From assembly GCA_965112155.1 (NCBI GenBank), contig OZ218101.1: DNA of 64,000 nt. One strand, 5' to 3'. The position numbers and the translations under genes were made by a program. The notes below the pieces were generated by a model that did no database searches, was not told the DNA's origin, and saw only the letters and a program-made list of their open reading frames with translations. Shown piece by piece: positions 9,862 through 20,671 of the stretch. The stretch comes from Podarcis liolepis (lineage: Eukaryota). The first letter of the stretch is position 1. Every line of letters begins with the position of its first letter.

Positions 9862-12199
9862 GTAAGTGAGAAAAGGGATTCACTGTGGTACGGCACGTGA
9901 TAATCCCATGACAGATGCATATGGAAAAATGATGTTGGAACTGCCTTTACCAAGATGATTCCTTCAGCGGGATACTGAATTTTGACCGGATATTCTTAAT
10001 GGAATTTTTTCCATAATGTTGCATGTATAATCATTTATAATGTATGTACAGGGAACAATTCAGCAGAATCAGACCAGAATTTAAATTCCTTTTGACTGTT
10101 AGAAATATGATTTCTGTATGATTTATGGCTGCTGTAAAAAGCGATTAAGACTAATATGCATGAACATGCATGTTATAAATTGTTTTCATAATATCTCTTC
10201 TTATTTCTGTCTCTCCCAGTATGATTCATTTACAAGACAGTTTAGAGATAAATAATCTCAGTGTGAGAAAATGTAGTGTGCAATTTATCATGTGACTGCT
10301 ATGTTGTTGCTAATAGAGCAAAATAGGCTTTGGGATTATTTTCACACATAGTTTGCATGAATTGAGACTCTCCCTCCCTTTCTACGATGAGATTATTTTT
10401 ATATAGGAAAAATGTGACGTAACACACTACGTTGGTGGGATTCCTTTTTCTAAATAATAAATGCTTTAGCTTGACTTTTTTGGAAGAAATTGGAAAGGAG
10501 AAGTGTCTGGAATATTTCCAAAAACTATTGTTTAGTATGAGCTGGGGCTGAAGGAATGGACTATTTGGGGGAAATTGTGAATATAAAACGTAATTATGCC
10601 TTTCAAACTCTGCTCTTGTTCAAGTGAATCGGATTTTGTTGACATTTCTTGCATAGTCTGTCTTGTGATTTATACTCCCAAGGATTAGATTCTGTCTGGC
10701 CCTTAACATAGGTATGCAAAGGTATGGGTGAGAAAGGAATGAGAGTAACAAATCACTTTGGCTCTGTGAAAGAATGGGATGATGTAAGGAGGTGGTGGTG
10801 GTGGGGAGGAGTTGTGTTTAGAGAAATGGAATAGTTTCCCAAATGAGAAGCTGTGATTTTGAACCTAAAGAACTGTGTTGACTCATGAAAGGGGCTTGTG
10901 CTTGCCCTGTGGAGTTTCTGCTACCCCTCTTTTCAAATTGCAGCCTCCGTTGCAGATCACCAGTGAGTTTCTAAAGCATCTTGCCATGCCGTGAGTGGAG
11001 CAGAGACAATTCCCATTCTCAGGGAACACGTTGCACTGTCTCTTAGAGCCTGTTTGTGCTATTCCAAACACATTCCTTACTGCTCTGGAGACTGTAATGA
11101 GCCTGGCTGCCCAGATCTCCTTGCTCCACCCGTTTTTATGGCCTGTCCAATGATGACATCTGACAACTGTCGGGATTACCACTCCCATGGCAATATTTGA
11201 TGGCCATGTTATGATGCCTAAAGAAGAGCAAATGCAATTGATTCTATCAACTTTTTTTTTAAAGGCAGGCTTCTTTCCCAAAACCTGTGCTTTTATATCC
11301 TCTAACCAAATGTCAATATAAAAACTTTCCGCTGGAACTGCACCAGCTATTAAACCCAAGCTATTAAATGGAGAAGATGAACTCTCTCAGCATATCTGAG
11401 TGGTAGATAGGCTGTGCATGATGCGGTCTTTGATCCCTTTGATGTAATTAGCATGAAGCAAGATTAGCAGTGTTTCTAATTGCCTCAAGATTTGGAATTT
11501 TATACACAAATTTCTATGTGTTCAAGGGGAGACGAGTGAAAATGTAAGGAAATTATAAGCGTATAATGTGCAGAGAAAGGGCAAGTCACAGCGTTTCTGT
11601 ATGTCGAAAATAGTGTTTTGCTGATAGTTAATTTGGTTCGCAGCAAATATGTATATATACTTGTAATATTTCAGAGCAACTAAGTAGGTGCATGCGGACC
11701 ATGTTTTAACTTGGAACTTCACATGGTCATGTAGGACAGCTATATTGAGACTGGAGTGCTATGCCCATTTATCTATCAGTAAGTGCCACGGAACTCAATG
11801 GAATTGAACGTATTGCTGGGTAGACACACATAGAAGGGGTAGACAAGAGTTAAGTGTTGCTGGATCTACTTTGTTTTGACTAGAAACCCAAGATCTACCA
11901 ACCAGGAGTGACCAACTGCATGCCAACAGCTAAGAGTTGAAAACAACAGGATGCCTCTGAGCCTGGGAGTTTATATTCTGTCACAGAAGTGAACTGAGGT
12001 CACATCCCTTTCCCACGGAAGTTAGCTTTCTTCATTTCAGCAGCCTGATTAAGGAAGAAAAAGTTGCTTTGCTGTTGTTAAAAAATTAGGAGTCAGAGAC
12101 CCTTGCCGATCTACTGCAAATCAAACGAAGATCTACCAACAGATTCTAATCTACCCTCTGCCCATCCCAGTATATGGGACTGCAGTGTCACCTGTTAAG

Positions 12200-12380
12200 T
12201 AGGAAGCCACCTTACCTTGGACTGTTTGACTTTTGTAGTCTATCATTGCCAACTCTGACTGGTAGCAGCTCCCTAGGATTTCAGACTTTCACCACCAGCT
12301 TACCTGCTCCTTTTAACTAGATATGCCAGAAATTGAACTTAGAACTTTGCATGCAGAGTGCCCCATCTCAGAGCTAATAG
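12200..12380 (-). mobile_element. Decayed tRNA-headed SINE (Squam2-like)
   Basis: Reverse complement resembles the 2645-2797 family (ATGCCAGAAATTGAAC...TTTGCATGCAG; TCTGACTGGTAGCAGCTC; AGGAAGCCACCTTA tail). Confidence 0.55.
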
Positions 12381-14260
12381 TTAGCTTCCCCAATAGTTAT
12401 TCTTCTGTTCGTATTAGGGGGCCTAGCTACATATTATGTTAATTGACGTGGTTAGCATTCACGTGAGTTGTCTAATATGAAACACCAAGGATGTGTTTGG
12501 TGGGTGTCATTGTCTACACCACAGGGCATGGGGAGGGGAGTCTTAAGTCCTTTGTCTCCAGCCATGATTTCATTAAATATCCCCTCCCCATGCAGCAGTT
12601 AGCATTAGGCAAAAACCACACTAGTGCCAATGAGAGTTTCTCCTCCACCACCACAAAAGCTAGTTGTGTAGTAGGGGAGATATTGCAAGATCGCAGCTTG
12701 AGGTGGACAACCCACCCCCCACTTGCCTGATACAGAATTTAAGAAAAATCTCACCACATGTTTGCAGATCATGCTACCAGTGTAATTCCAGTTAGGCACT
12801 CAGTTTGTCACATTGTTAAACTTTGTTTTATCAAAGTTATTGGAGAAAAAGCAACTGTGAATGGAAATCAAGTGGTAATCAGGTGTCTTTTAAGGGAAAA
12901 ATATGTTTCGTGTAAGCTTAGATTTGTATTTCACTTCTAACCACCTTCTTTACTGGAAAGTAGACCCTGGTGAATTCAATAGAATTTTCTCCCTAGCAAT
13001 GATTGCCTACTATTGTGAGTTTAAGCGTGCTTAGTTGGGAGAATCATTCATCAGCTTCATTCAGTTGCGTGGAAATGTGCTTAGAATCTGATTATAATTA
13101 ATGAGTATGGTAGACTGTAAGGGAATATTTACTTACGAGTGCTGTACTGGGCATCCTGTACAATGTACATCTGCACTGGTCATGGTGGTGCAAGCAGCGA
13201 CGACCTCTGCTGAAGCAACCTCCATGGTCTAGCTAGCAAGCTCCCTGCCACTCTCTCCAAGCACTTTCCTGTAGTATGTGTTTTCATTTACCTGTTTGTG
13301 TCATCTGTAGCAGTTCACTCTTCAAGCACCTGACGGTAGTGGATCTTGAAGCCAGGACTGTGTGTGTTGGGGGACAATGGGAATGTCTGGCTGGTGCAGT
13401 GTCCCCTCTTGGTCTCCTACCACTGTTGGGCTGAAGGAAGATGTGTAGCATTATAAGTGTGTGGAATATTTTGAAGGCACAGTTTCTGTCCTGGAAACCC
13501 ACTTGACTCTATGAGAATATGTAAGCCAACCACTTCCACCCCTCTTAAAATCTGTCATGTTTGCTTTTCACCCAGGAATCTCTGAAAACTTGGGGCATAG
13601 TTCTCTGCTGGTGTGGACAACATGGAACTGAAAGGCCCCATGGATCTGCACAGCAGGAGTATTGGCAGATGTTCATTTTCATAACCCATGGTTTTGCAAC
13701 TCTCCATTGTTTGATTAAAAACAGAATTTCTGCTTCACCTATTAGTGCTAAGCTGAGATTCTTTGAAAGTAAACTTAGCAGACTGTCCTCCCAACTGCAC
13801 AGGAAGAGGAGAGATTGGGAGGGGAGGAAGCTCGCCCAGTACTTTGCTCTGGTTGATGAAGGCTCATTCACATGGCACTAAACTATGGTTTAGGTCTGCA
13901 TGCAAACATGGCAGTGCATGGAAGGCCTCAGCCAATCTAAGAAAAGTCCAAATTGCTGACTTATGATGAAATATAAACTCTCTGCTATAGTTTTGTTGTT
14001 ATAGTCAGTTCTTTACATTTGTGATGAGTGGAACGGTAACATTTTCCTTCTAGTCAGGGCTTATTGAAAGGTTTTTAAAAAATGAATGATACATCTAACC
14101 ACCATTATTTTCATTACAACCCTTGAAAAAAAATCAGTTTTCTCAAACATATTTACAGCTTCATATAAGTTCAGGTGTGAAATGCCAGAGAGGGAATGGG
14201 TGCAAGAAACTCTCTTGCACTGGAATCTGTTTTGCCAAGTGTCTTCCATTGCAACAATTT

Positions 14261-14415
14261 CCAGAAAGGTAGCATTGTTAGTCTGTTGCAGCAAAAGCGA
14301 CAGAGTCTCATGACTACCACATTTGTTAGTCTGGGGGCTGTAGTCCCCGAGAGCATGTGCCATAACCAATTTGTTAGTCTTTGAGGTTCCACAGAACTGT
14401 TTGTCACATTACTGC
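14261..14415. mobile_element. Older, decayed Penelope-like terminal remnant
   Basis: CCAGAAAGGTAGCATTGTTAGTCTGTTGCAGCAAAA...TTTGTTAGTCTTTGAGGTTCCACAGAAC resembles PLE ends; no ribozyme core retained. Confidence 0.55.
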
Positions 14416-15912
14416 GGATATTCTCAGCATTTTGATTATTCAACAATGCCTTTGCCTTCTGCTAGTCTAAATGCAAACTGGGCACAATCCCACAGAGCAG
14501 TCTGCTGCACCATAGAAACGAATGGAAAAACTTATGCAAATACACGTGTCCTGTTCATCTCAGTGCAGCCTGACCAGCAGAAGTTTCCATGGTTTAGTTT
14601 TGCCAGCTCCTCGTGATTTTTAACATCAAGTAATCTCAAATCCTTTATATTATATTTGTGTGTGAGTGAATAGACATTCAGTTTTCATTTTTAGGGCTTG
14701 CTAGTTTGGTTCATTATTTGGCTGTTATCAGCCCCACCTTCTTTCAGTTATCCTCTGTTTTCTGTATGCCTCCTTCTCTTCCCCACCTGTACCTATTCCA
14801 TCTGTTGCAATTTTTTGATCTCAGGATGGAGGAGCATCAATTACTCTGATTTCTAAGTGCCTCCAGTTCTTGACGTGGAGGTGGTTAAGGTGTGAGTGGT
14901 ATGACTGACATGTGCTAAATAAAACTATTTGTGAGGCCAAACACCTGAGGTTTGAATTCTGGAGGCCATGAATCTGTAAAGGGTAACTAAACTCAAGAAT
15001 TAGCTCATTTTCCTCCCTAGTGTTTATTACAGCATATAATCAAGGCTGGCCTAGATATGCAGAATCATTACTGGTGTTCAGCAAAGTCTCCTCCTGGATG
15101 TAGTGTGATCTAAGTACAGTTATATTTATTGATTAAAGTTTTCACACCCTGTGGGCTGTACTAGTTTACATTGAGTTAGAGTGCCAATTTAGGCTAAGCA
15201 CCATTATATTTAACCCTCCCAAGTATATCTGAGCAAATGAAATGCTAAAATAAAGGATTGTTCCTGATACTGCCGGAGTGGAAGATGAGCCTGAGCTATG
15301 GATCTTCCTTTATCCGCCTTCCTGTGCCCTCTACCCACTGAAAAGCCTCTCCAGAGGGGAGGGAACCTTCTGGACTTCAGATTGTGTCTCACAGGGCAGC
15401 CTTGGGAGGAGAGTTTCCTCAAACCTGGGAATTGTTTCAGGCAATTTCATGCAGGATACTCTTGCCTGCTAAAATGCAATTCTGGTATTGCTACTTTACT
15501 GGAGTTGGCCAACAGTTTTGTTTGGTGTGCCTATGGGGTATTTCCATGCGTTTGATAAATGTACATCCTGCTTTTTAGAGGATTTCTCTAACCTTGGTTC
15601 TGAAAACTGTATGGGATTCTGACAGTCCTGAATTCCTTACTTTCTACTTATGTGTGTGTTACTTTTGCAGTTATAATTTTCACAGCCAGCCTAGGGATTA
15701 GGAAGAATTATAACTCTCTCTACAGCTCCTGATTCCCATCTATGCTAATTCTTGTGCCTTGATTGAATGTACTGCCCTCTTGAAAACAGGGGAGATGGAG
15801 CCCGTAAAATGCTCGGCGATGGATGAGAGAGACTTCCTGGCCATAGCAATACCTTTGGATTGGGGTTGTCTGAGTAGTGTAGTGAGCTGATTGGCCAGAG
15901 AATGGGATAGAC

Positions 15913-16159
15913 CAGGAGTAGGCAGCCTAAGGCCAGGGGCTGGATGTGGCCTAATTGCCTTCTCAATCCGGCCTGCGGATGGTCTAGGAATCAGCATGTT
16001 TTTACATGAGTAGAATGTGTCCTTTTATTTAAAATGCATCTCTGGGTTGTTTGTGGGGCACAGGAATTCGTTCATCCCCCCCCAAAAAATAGTCCGGCCC
16101 ACCACATGGTCTGAGGGATGGTGGACTGGCCCACAGCTAAAAAAGGTTGCCGACGCCTG
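15913..16159. mobile_element. hAT-Charlie-type MITE, 247 bp
   Basis: TIRs CAGGAGTAGGCAGCCT and AGGTTGCCGACGCCTG (13/16); perfect 8-bp TSD GGATAGAC at 15905-15912 and 16160-16167. Confidence 0.9.
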
Positions 16160-17709
16160 GGATAGACCAGTTGAAATAGAAGGATATGATTGGGGCTGTG
16201 GGGCAGTGGGACAGAAATAATGTGGCTTTGAGATTCTGGAGGAAACGGTGTGAAACTTTCTATGTAATGAACCTTAGCAGAGAAATATGCAAGCGCCAAT
16301 CAGAACGCATTTAGATGCATTAGTCCGTTGGCCTGCGTGGTACCAATCACTTCTTAAGAGGCTCTCTCTATGGAACTGAATATACTCAGTGGGTTGCCAC
16401 CTCTCAAGTGGCAATGGTGAAATTTTTATTTTTAAAATAGCCGTGTGTTTCCAGTTACTGCATAGCCCTAACGGGTTTGAGCATATGACTGGGACACAGG
16501 GATGTGATGACTTTCATTCCTTTCGCAAGCAAGCAAGCAAGCTTATTATTGACAACAACTGAATCCCATCTCTCAAGGGCAAAAAAAAACTAAAAAAAAA
16601 ACTGTTGTTTTCACAGTGATGGCACACAAGTCTTCCAAACTCTCCATGAGGAAGACTGGAAAGAAAACTGCAATACTCATCTCCAGTGTTATGGACCACA
16701 TGTGCTGTTTTAATTACAGTCACATTGAGATGAGATGGTGCCATGGGAATTAATTTATTTTTAAAAAAAAACAGTGACAAAAAGTATATTAAAGATCTGA
16801 TGTAGGCTATATGATGGCTGACGTGCTGTTTTTAGGAGACTTTGATCTCGTGTCAGTAAAAAGCAAACAAACTTCAGATTCAAAGGACTGGACAGGAATA
16901 CTAATTGTAGACTGGCTGGTCCAGTTGTGTTTTGTTTTGTTGATTCAGATTTTCATGCTACCCCATCACATCTGTCTCACATTGGGTGTTATTGAAAGAA
17001 GCACATGTTGGCTTGGTTCCAAATGACTATCCAAAGAGAATGGTTTTGCATTGCCTATATTTTTTAATCAGCCGTCACAAATACATTTTTGCTAGGCCAG
17101 AACCACCTCAAGATGTTTTGCTGCCATTGATGCACCACTGGCCTGCAGCTTCTGGTAGGATTCCAATGTGGGAATGTGGCTCTTGAGTTGACAAAGATTC
17201 CCCTGTCTGGACCGCATAGGATGGATGGAATACCTCTTTTGAGTTTGGTCAGCCACAACACCATTGGAAGCATAGGGGGTGCCATGTTTCTTTCCCCTGA
17301 ACACGTTTGAAGGACAATTTAGGTTCACTCTGAATGCAGTAGACCATGAAGAAAAAGTCCATAGAAAGACAAGGTTATTCACTGTAAAAGTTTTCTTTTT
17401 TACAATAAAATTTGATCAGGGTATGAATTACCACCCACAGGTGGCTTGTAAATTGTCATGAGATCATTGTTATGCATTCATTTCTAGCTTTGATCCCTTC
17501 AAAATATTATAGTTGTAGGGCAAAAATTGCCTGGGAGTCGTTGCTTAAGATTATATCATGTTTCCATCTGAAAATTTAATCAGGACTGAGACGACAATTC
17601 AGATATTAGCTCTGTTTACCTGGTGAGGTGTTTGATTTCCCCCCTCTTCCTCCCCTCCTCTGAAAAACCCAGGGCACAGGGCGATTTGCTTTTGAAAATT
17701 AACACAATT

Positions 17710-18090
17710 TTAAAAGACCATCTCACCCCTTATATGTCCAACTAATCACTGAGCTCTGCAGGAGAGGGCCTCTTGCAGATACCATCCCATCAGGTAGTTA
17801 TAAGGACCAGAGCTTTAATATGGTGACACCTACTTTTCCAAGCTCTCTCTTGTTACATGTCAGACAGGCACTGTCTCTGTTGCTTTCCTTTTTTCCAGCA
17901 AGTCTTCTAAGTGGAATTTTTTTTATCTCAATCTGTATCTCTATTAGATTTGAAAATGTTTTTACAGGCAGAGTTGTTGTAATTGTTTGTATATATGGAA
18001 CTGCTTTTATTGTTGATGTTTTTGCTGTGAAAACGCTTTGGGGTGTGTTTTATAGGAAGCGATTCATAAACAGAATCCAATAAAAAAATG
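17710..18090 (+). mobile_element. L2 LINE 3' fragment, decayed
   Basis: L2-like ORF2 end (AAAGACCATCTCACCCCTTAT...GAGGGCCTCTTGCAG...GTCAGACAGGCAC), T-rich 3' UTR and tail GGAAGCGATTCATAAA. Confidence 0.6.
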
Positions 18091-18510
18091 AAAACCATGT
18101 GTAATGTGATACTTGGTGTGAGGGCTTCAGTTTAAAGACATCCAAAGTCTGCTTGGTCCATGCAAACGTTTGGCTATACAAAGGTTTATAGGTTTGGGGT
18201 GCACAATAGACTCAATTGCCCTTTTCCTCCCAATATAAGAGAAATGGACATAGCTAAAGGACTGCTTATTCTATGGTATTAACTCCTTCATGCATTAATT
18301 CAACTTAAGCTTGTTGGTTATATGAGGCTGGTTATCTCATATGAATTGCAGTGAACTGGGAAGTCCATTTCCATGCAAGGGCTCTGTGCATTAGAGCACA
18401 CTTGAGATTCTGGAGTATAATAAATACAGTATATGGTCCTGGAACCCTAACCTGTAACAGGACCCTGAATCTGTTTCATTTGCTCTGTTACTAGTCTTGG
18501 CCCTAATTTA

Positions 18511-18597
18511 CAGCACAATCCCATAGATGTCTTCTCAGAAGTAAGTCTGCATTTAATGAGATTCACTCCCAGATAAAGTGTTTGTTGATTGCAGCTT
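18511..18597. mobile_element. ~85-bp palindromic Harbinger-like MITE
   Basis: CAGCACAATCC...CTCAGAAGTAAGTC...GATTGCAGC flanked by TTA; same family recurs throughout the window. Confidence 0.55.
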
Positions 18598-18956
18598 TAA
18601 TTTTATGAGTTGCTTTTATTGGATTCGACCAAAGCCTACCCTTGAAACCTCTCCGGGCACAATTTGTTGGCTCAGAAATTTGTCAGTTCTCTTTGTGTGT
18701 TGCAGGCTTCTTGTAGAACCTGTGTTGTGTGTTGCTTTTAGAAAGTAACCTATCAAGCAGACTAAGTACTGTAGTTAATGACGGGACCGTTGTCAGATTA
18801 CCACAGCACTGAAAGAATGCTTAATAAAACAAACCAGAATCTGATCTTTAAAAAGCATTTAACAAGAAAGGGAAATACTGTTTATTTTGGAAAGATTTAT
18901 GGGGATGACATAATGTAGGTTTTTTCCTTCTTATCTCCTCACCTGTTTTTCCTCAG

Positions 18957-19192
18957 GGAGACTATCAATTTTTATTAGCTTTCTAGAGCCAGAAAGATGA
19001 AAAATGATGGACAAATTTTAAAATAGGATAAAAATGCTGAAAAGATATGAAAGATATCTTGGGGAAAATCCTCTTCATGTAATACCTGTTGAAGTTGAAT
19101 TGAAAGAGAGAGCAACTTCACGAGAGACAGACGATCTGATAATAATAATTTTTTGTGCAATCGGAATCCTTTGTAACAGAAGAATGTGCAAG
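18957..19192 (+). other. Candidate 5'UTR-type exon (236 nt)
   Basis: Strong polypyrimidine tract with branch-like CTCAC (TTTTTCCTTCTTATCTCCTCACCTGTTTTTCCTCAG|G), purine-rich body, donor AAG|GTTAGA; no transcript evidence. Confidence 0.4.
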
Positions 19193-19446
19193 GTTAGACA
19201 GACATTGTCCTACACTGGTCCCATCTAGAAGGACATCCTTTGAACTCCCAAGGTGTGCTTTACTTTAATTCCTTAAGTAATTCAAAAAGGGGTGTCATTA
19301 AAAAAACCACAACCCAATAAAATGGTTTTTGCAGACATAAATACAAAAGCATAGCTCTGAACTTTTCATCATCATACTCTTAATTTTACACTCAAGATCA
19401 CTTACCTGGGATTAATTACTATTTAACACCCTTTAACCTCCCCATA

Positions 19447-19839
19447 GAGACACACGGGTGGCAGTGTGGTCTAAACCACTGAGCCTCTTGAGATTGCCGA
19501 TCAGAAGGTCGGCGGTTCGAATCCCTGCAACGGGGTGAGCTCCCATTGCTCAGTCCCAGCTCCTGCCAACCTAGCAGTTCGAAAGCACGTCAAAAAAGTG
19601 CAAGTAGAGAAATAGGTACCACTCCAGCGGGAAGATAAATGGCGTTTCCGGTTGCTGCTCTGGTTTCGGTGTTCCGTTGCGCCAGAAATGGCTTAGTCAT
19701 GCTGGCCACACGACCCAGAAAAACTGTCTGCTGACAAATGCCGGCTCCCTCGGTCTGTAAAGCGAGATGAGCGCTACAACCCCAGAGTCAGCAGCAACTG
19801 GTTTAACTGTCAGGGGTCCTTTACCTTTACCTCTTTTTT
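19447..19839 (+). mobile_element. Sauria SINE (Squam1, lacertid POM-type), full length
   Basis: Head CGGGTGGCAGTGTGGTCTAAACCACTGAGCC, B-box GGTTCGAATCC, CCTAGCAGTTCGAAAGCAC, AAATAGGTACC, tail CCTTTACCTTTACC; 15-bp TSD TTTAACCTCCCCATA (19432-19446) / TTTAACCTCTCCATA (19840-19854). Confidence 0.93.
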
Positions 19840-20099
19840 TTTAACCTCTCCATATGTACTCAAAATCTGGGTGGGCACAGCTAAAGAGTAGGTTTTCTAT
19901 TCTTTCAGTGTTTCTGAGTGAAGTTGGCCTTCTAGTCTGTGCTTGTGATTTGGGTGTGGTAACCTGGCAAGAGGATGTAATAAAACCCTTGTCATTTATA
20001 TAGTAAATGAGAATGCTTGAAATGCTTAATGTATATAATATCAGAACCCTTGCAGCAGCCTTGTAAGGAACAGGCATGTGGTAGTATTGCTGCAGATAG

Positions 20100-20336
20100 C
20101 AGGATCGGCCCATGACATCTTGCTGCCTGAGGTGGAACAGAAAATGCCCCCTTCCCAGATCGAGGCGCATAGCATGAAAGGCCACCCGGGCTATTTTGGC
20201 ACCCTCAGCACAAAATTCCATAAATGGTTCTTGTGGGATTAAAAAATACAATAAGAATAAATCAAAAAGTAACAATTCTTTGGCCTTCCACAATACCCAA
20301 AGTCAGCTGCCTTAAGGTAGTTGCCTCATGTTACCT
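20100..20336. mobile_element. Decayed hAT-Tip100-like element
   Basis: Left end CAGGATCGGCCC followed by GCTGCCTGAGG subterminal motif, repeated near 20305; interrupted by the MITE at 20337. Confidence 0.45.
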
Positions 20337-20436
20337 CAGCCTTCAACCTGCGTATGTTGTTAAACTGCATCTCCCATCAGCCCCAGCCAGCCAGCAGTCC
20401 CACAACATCTGGAGAGCATCAGGTTGAGGAAGGCTG
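20337..20436. mobile_element. Palindromic hAT-type MITE
   Basis: Ends CAGCCTTCAACCTG and CAGGTTGAGGAAGGCTG; internal CTCCCATCAGCCCCAGCC...ACAACATCTGGAG. Confidence 0.65.
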
Positions 20437-20584
20437 CCTATTGGTAGACCTGCATGGTTGAGGAGTGTGATGTTCATGGCAGAAGTCTGAATTGGAGGCT
20501 GTTCTGATTTATTTCTACTATTACGATTTGCATGCAACCTTCTAAGAGTAACAGCCCTGTCCAGTTTATAGATCAGCCTCATGT

Positions 20585-20671
20585 AGCCTAATCCTATGCA
20601 TGTCTACTCAGAAGTAAGTCCCAGTGAGTTCAGTGGAACTTACTTGCAGGTTAATACGGCTAGGATCTCAG
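20585..20671. mobile_element. ~85-bp palindromic Harbinger-like MITE
   Basis: AATCCTATGCATGTCTACTCAGAAGTAAGTCCC...GGAACTTACT...TAGGAT self-complementary structure. Confidence 0.6.
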
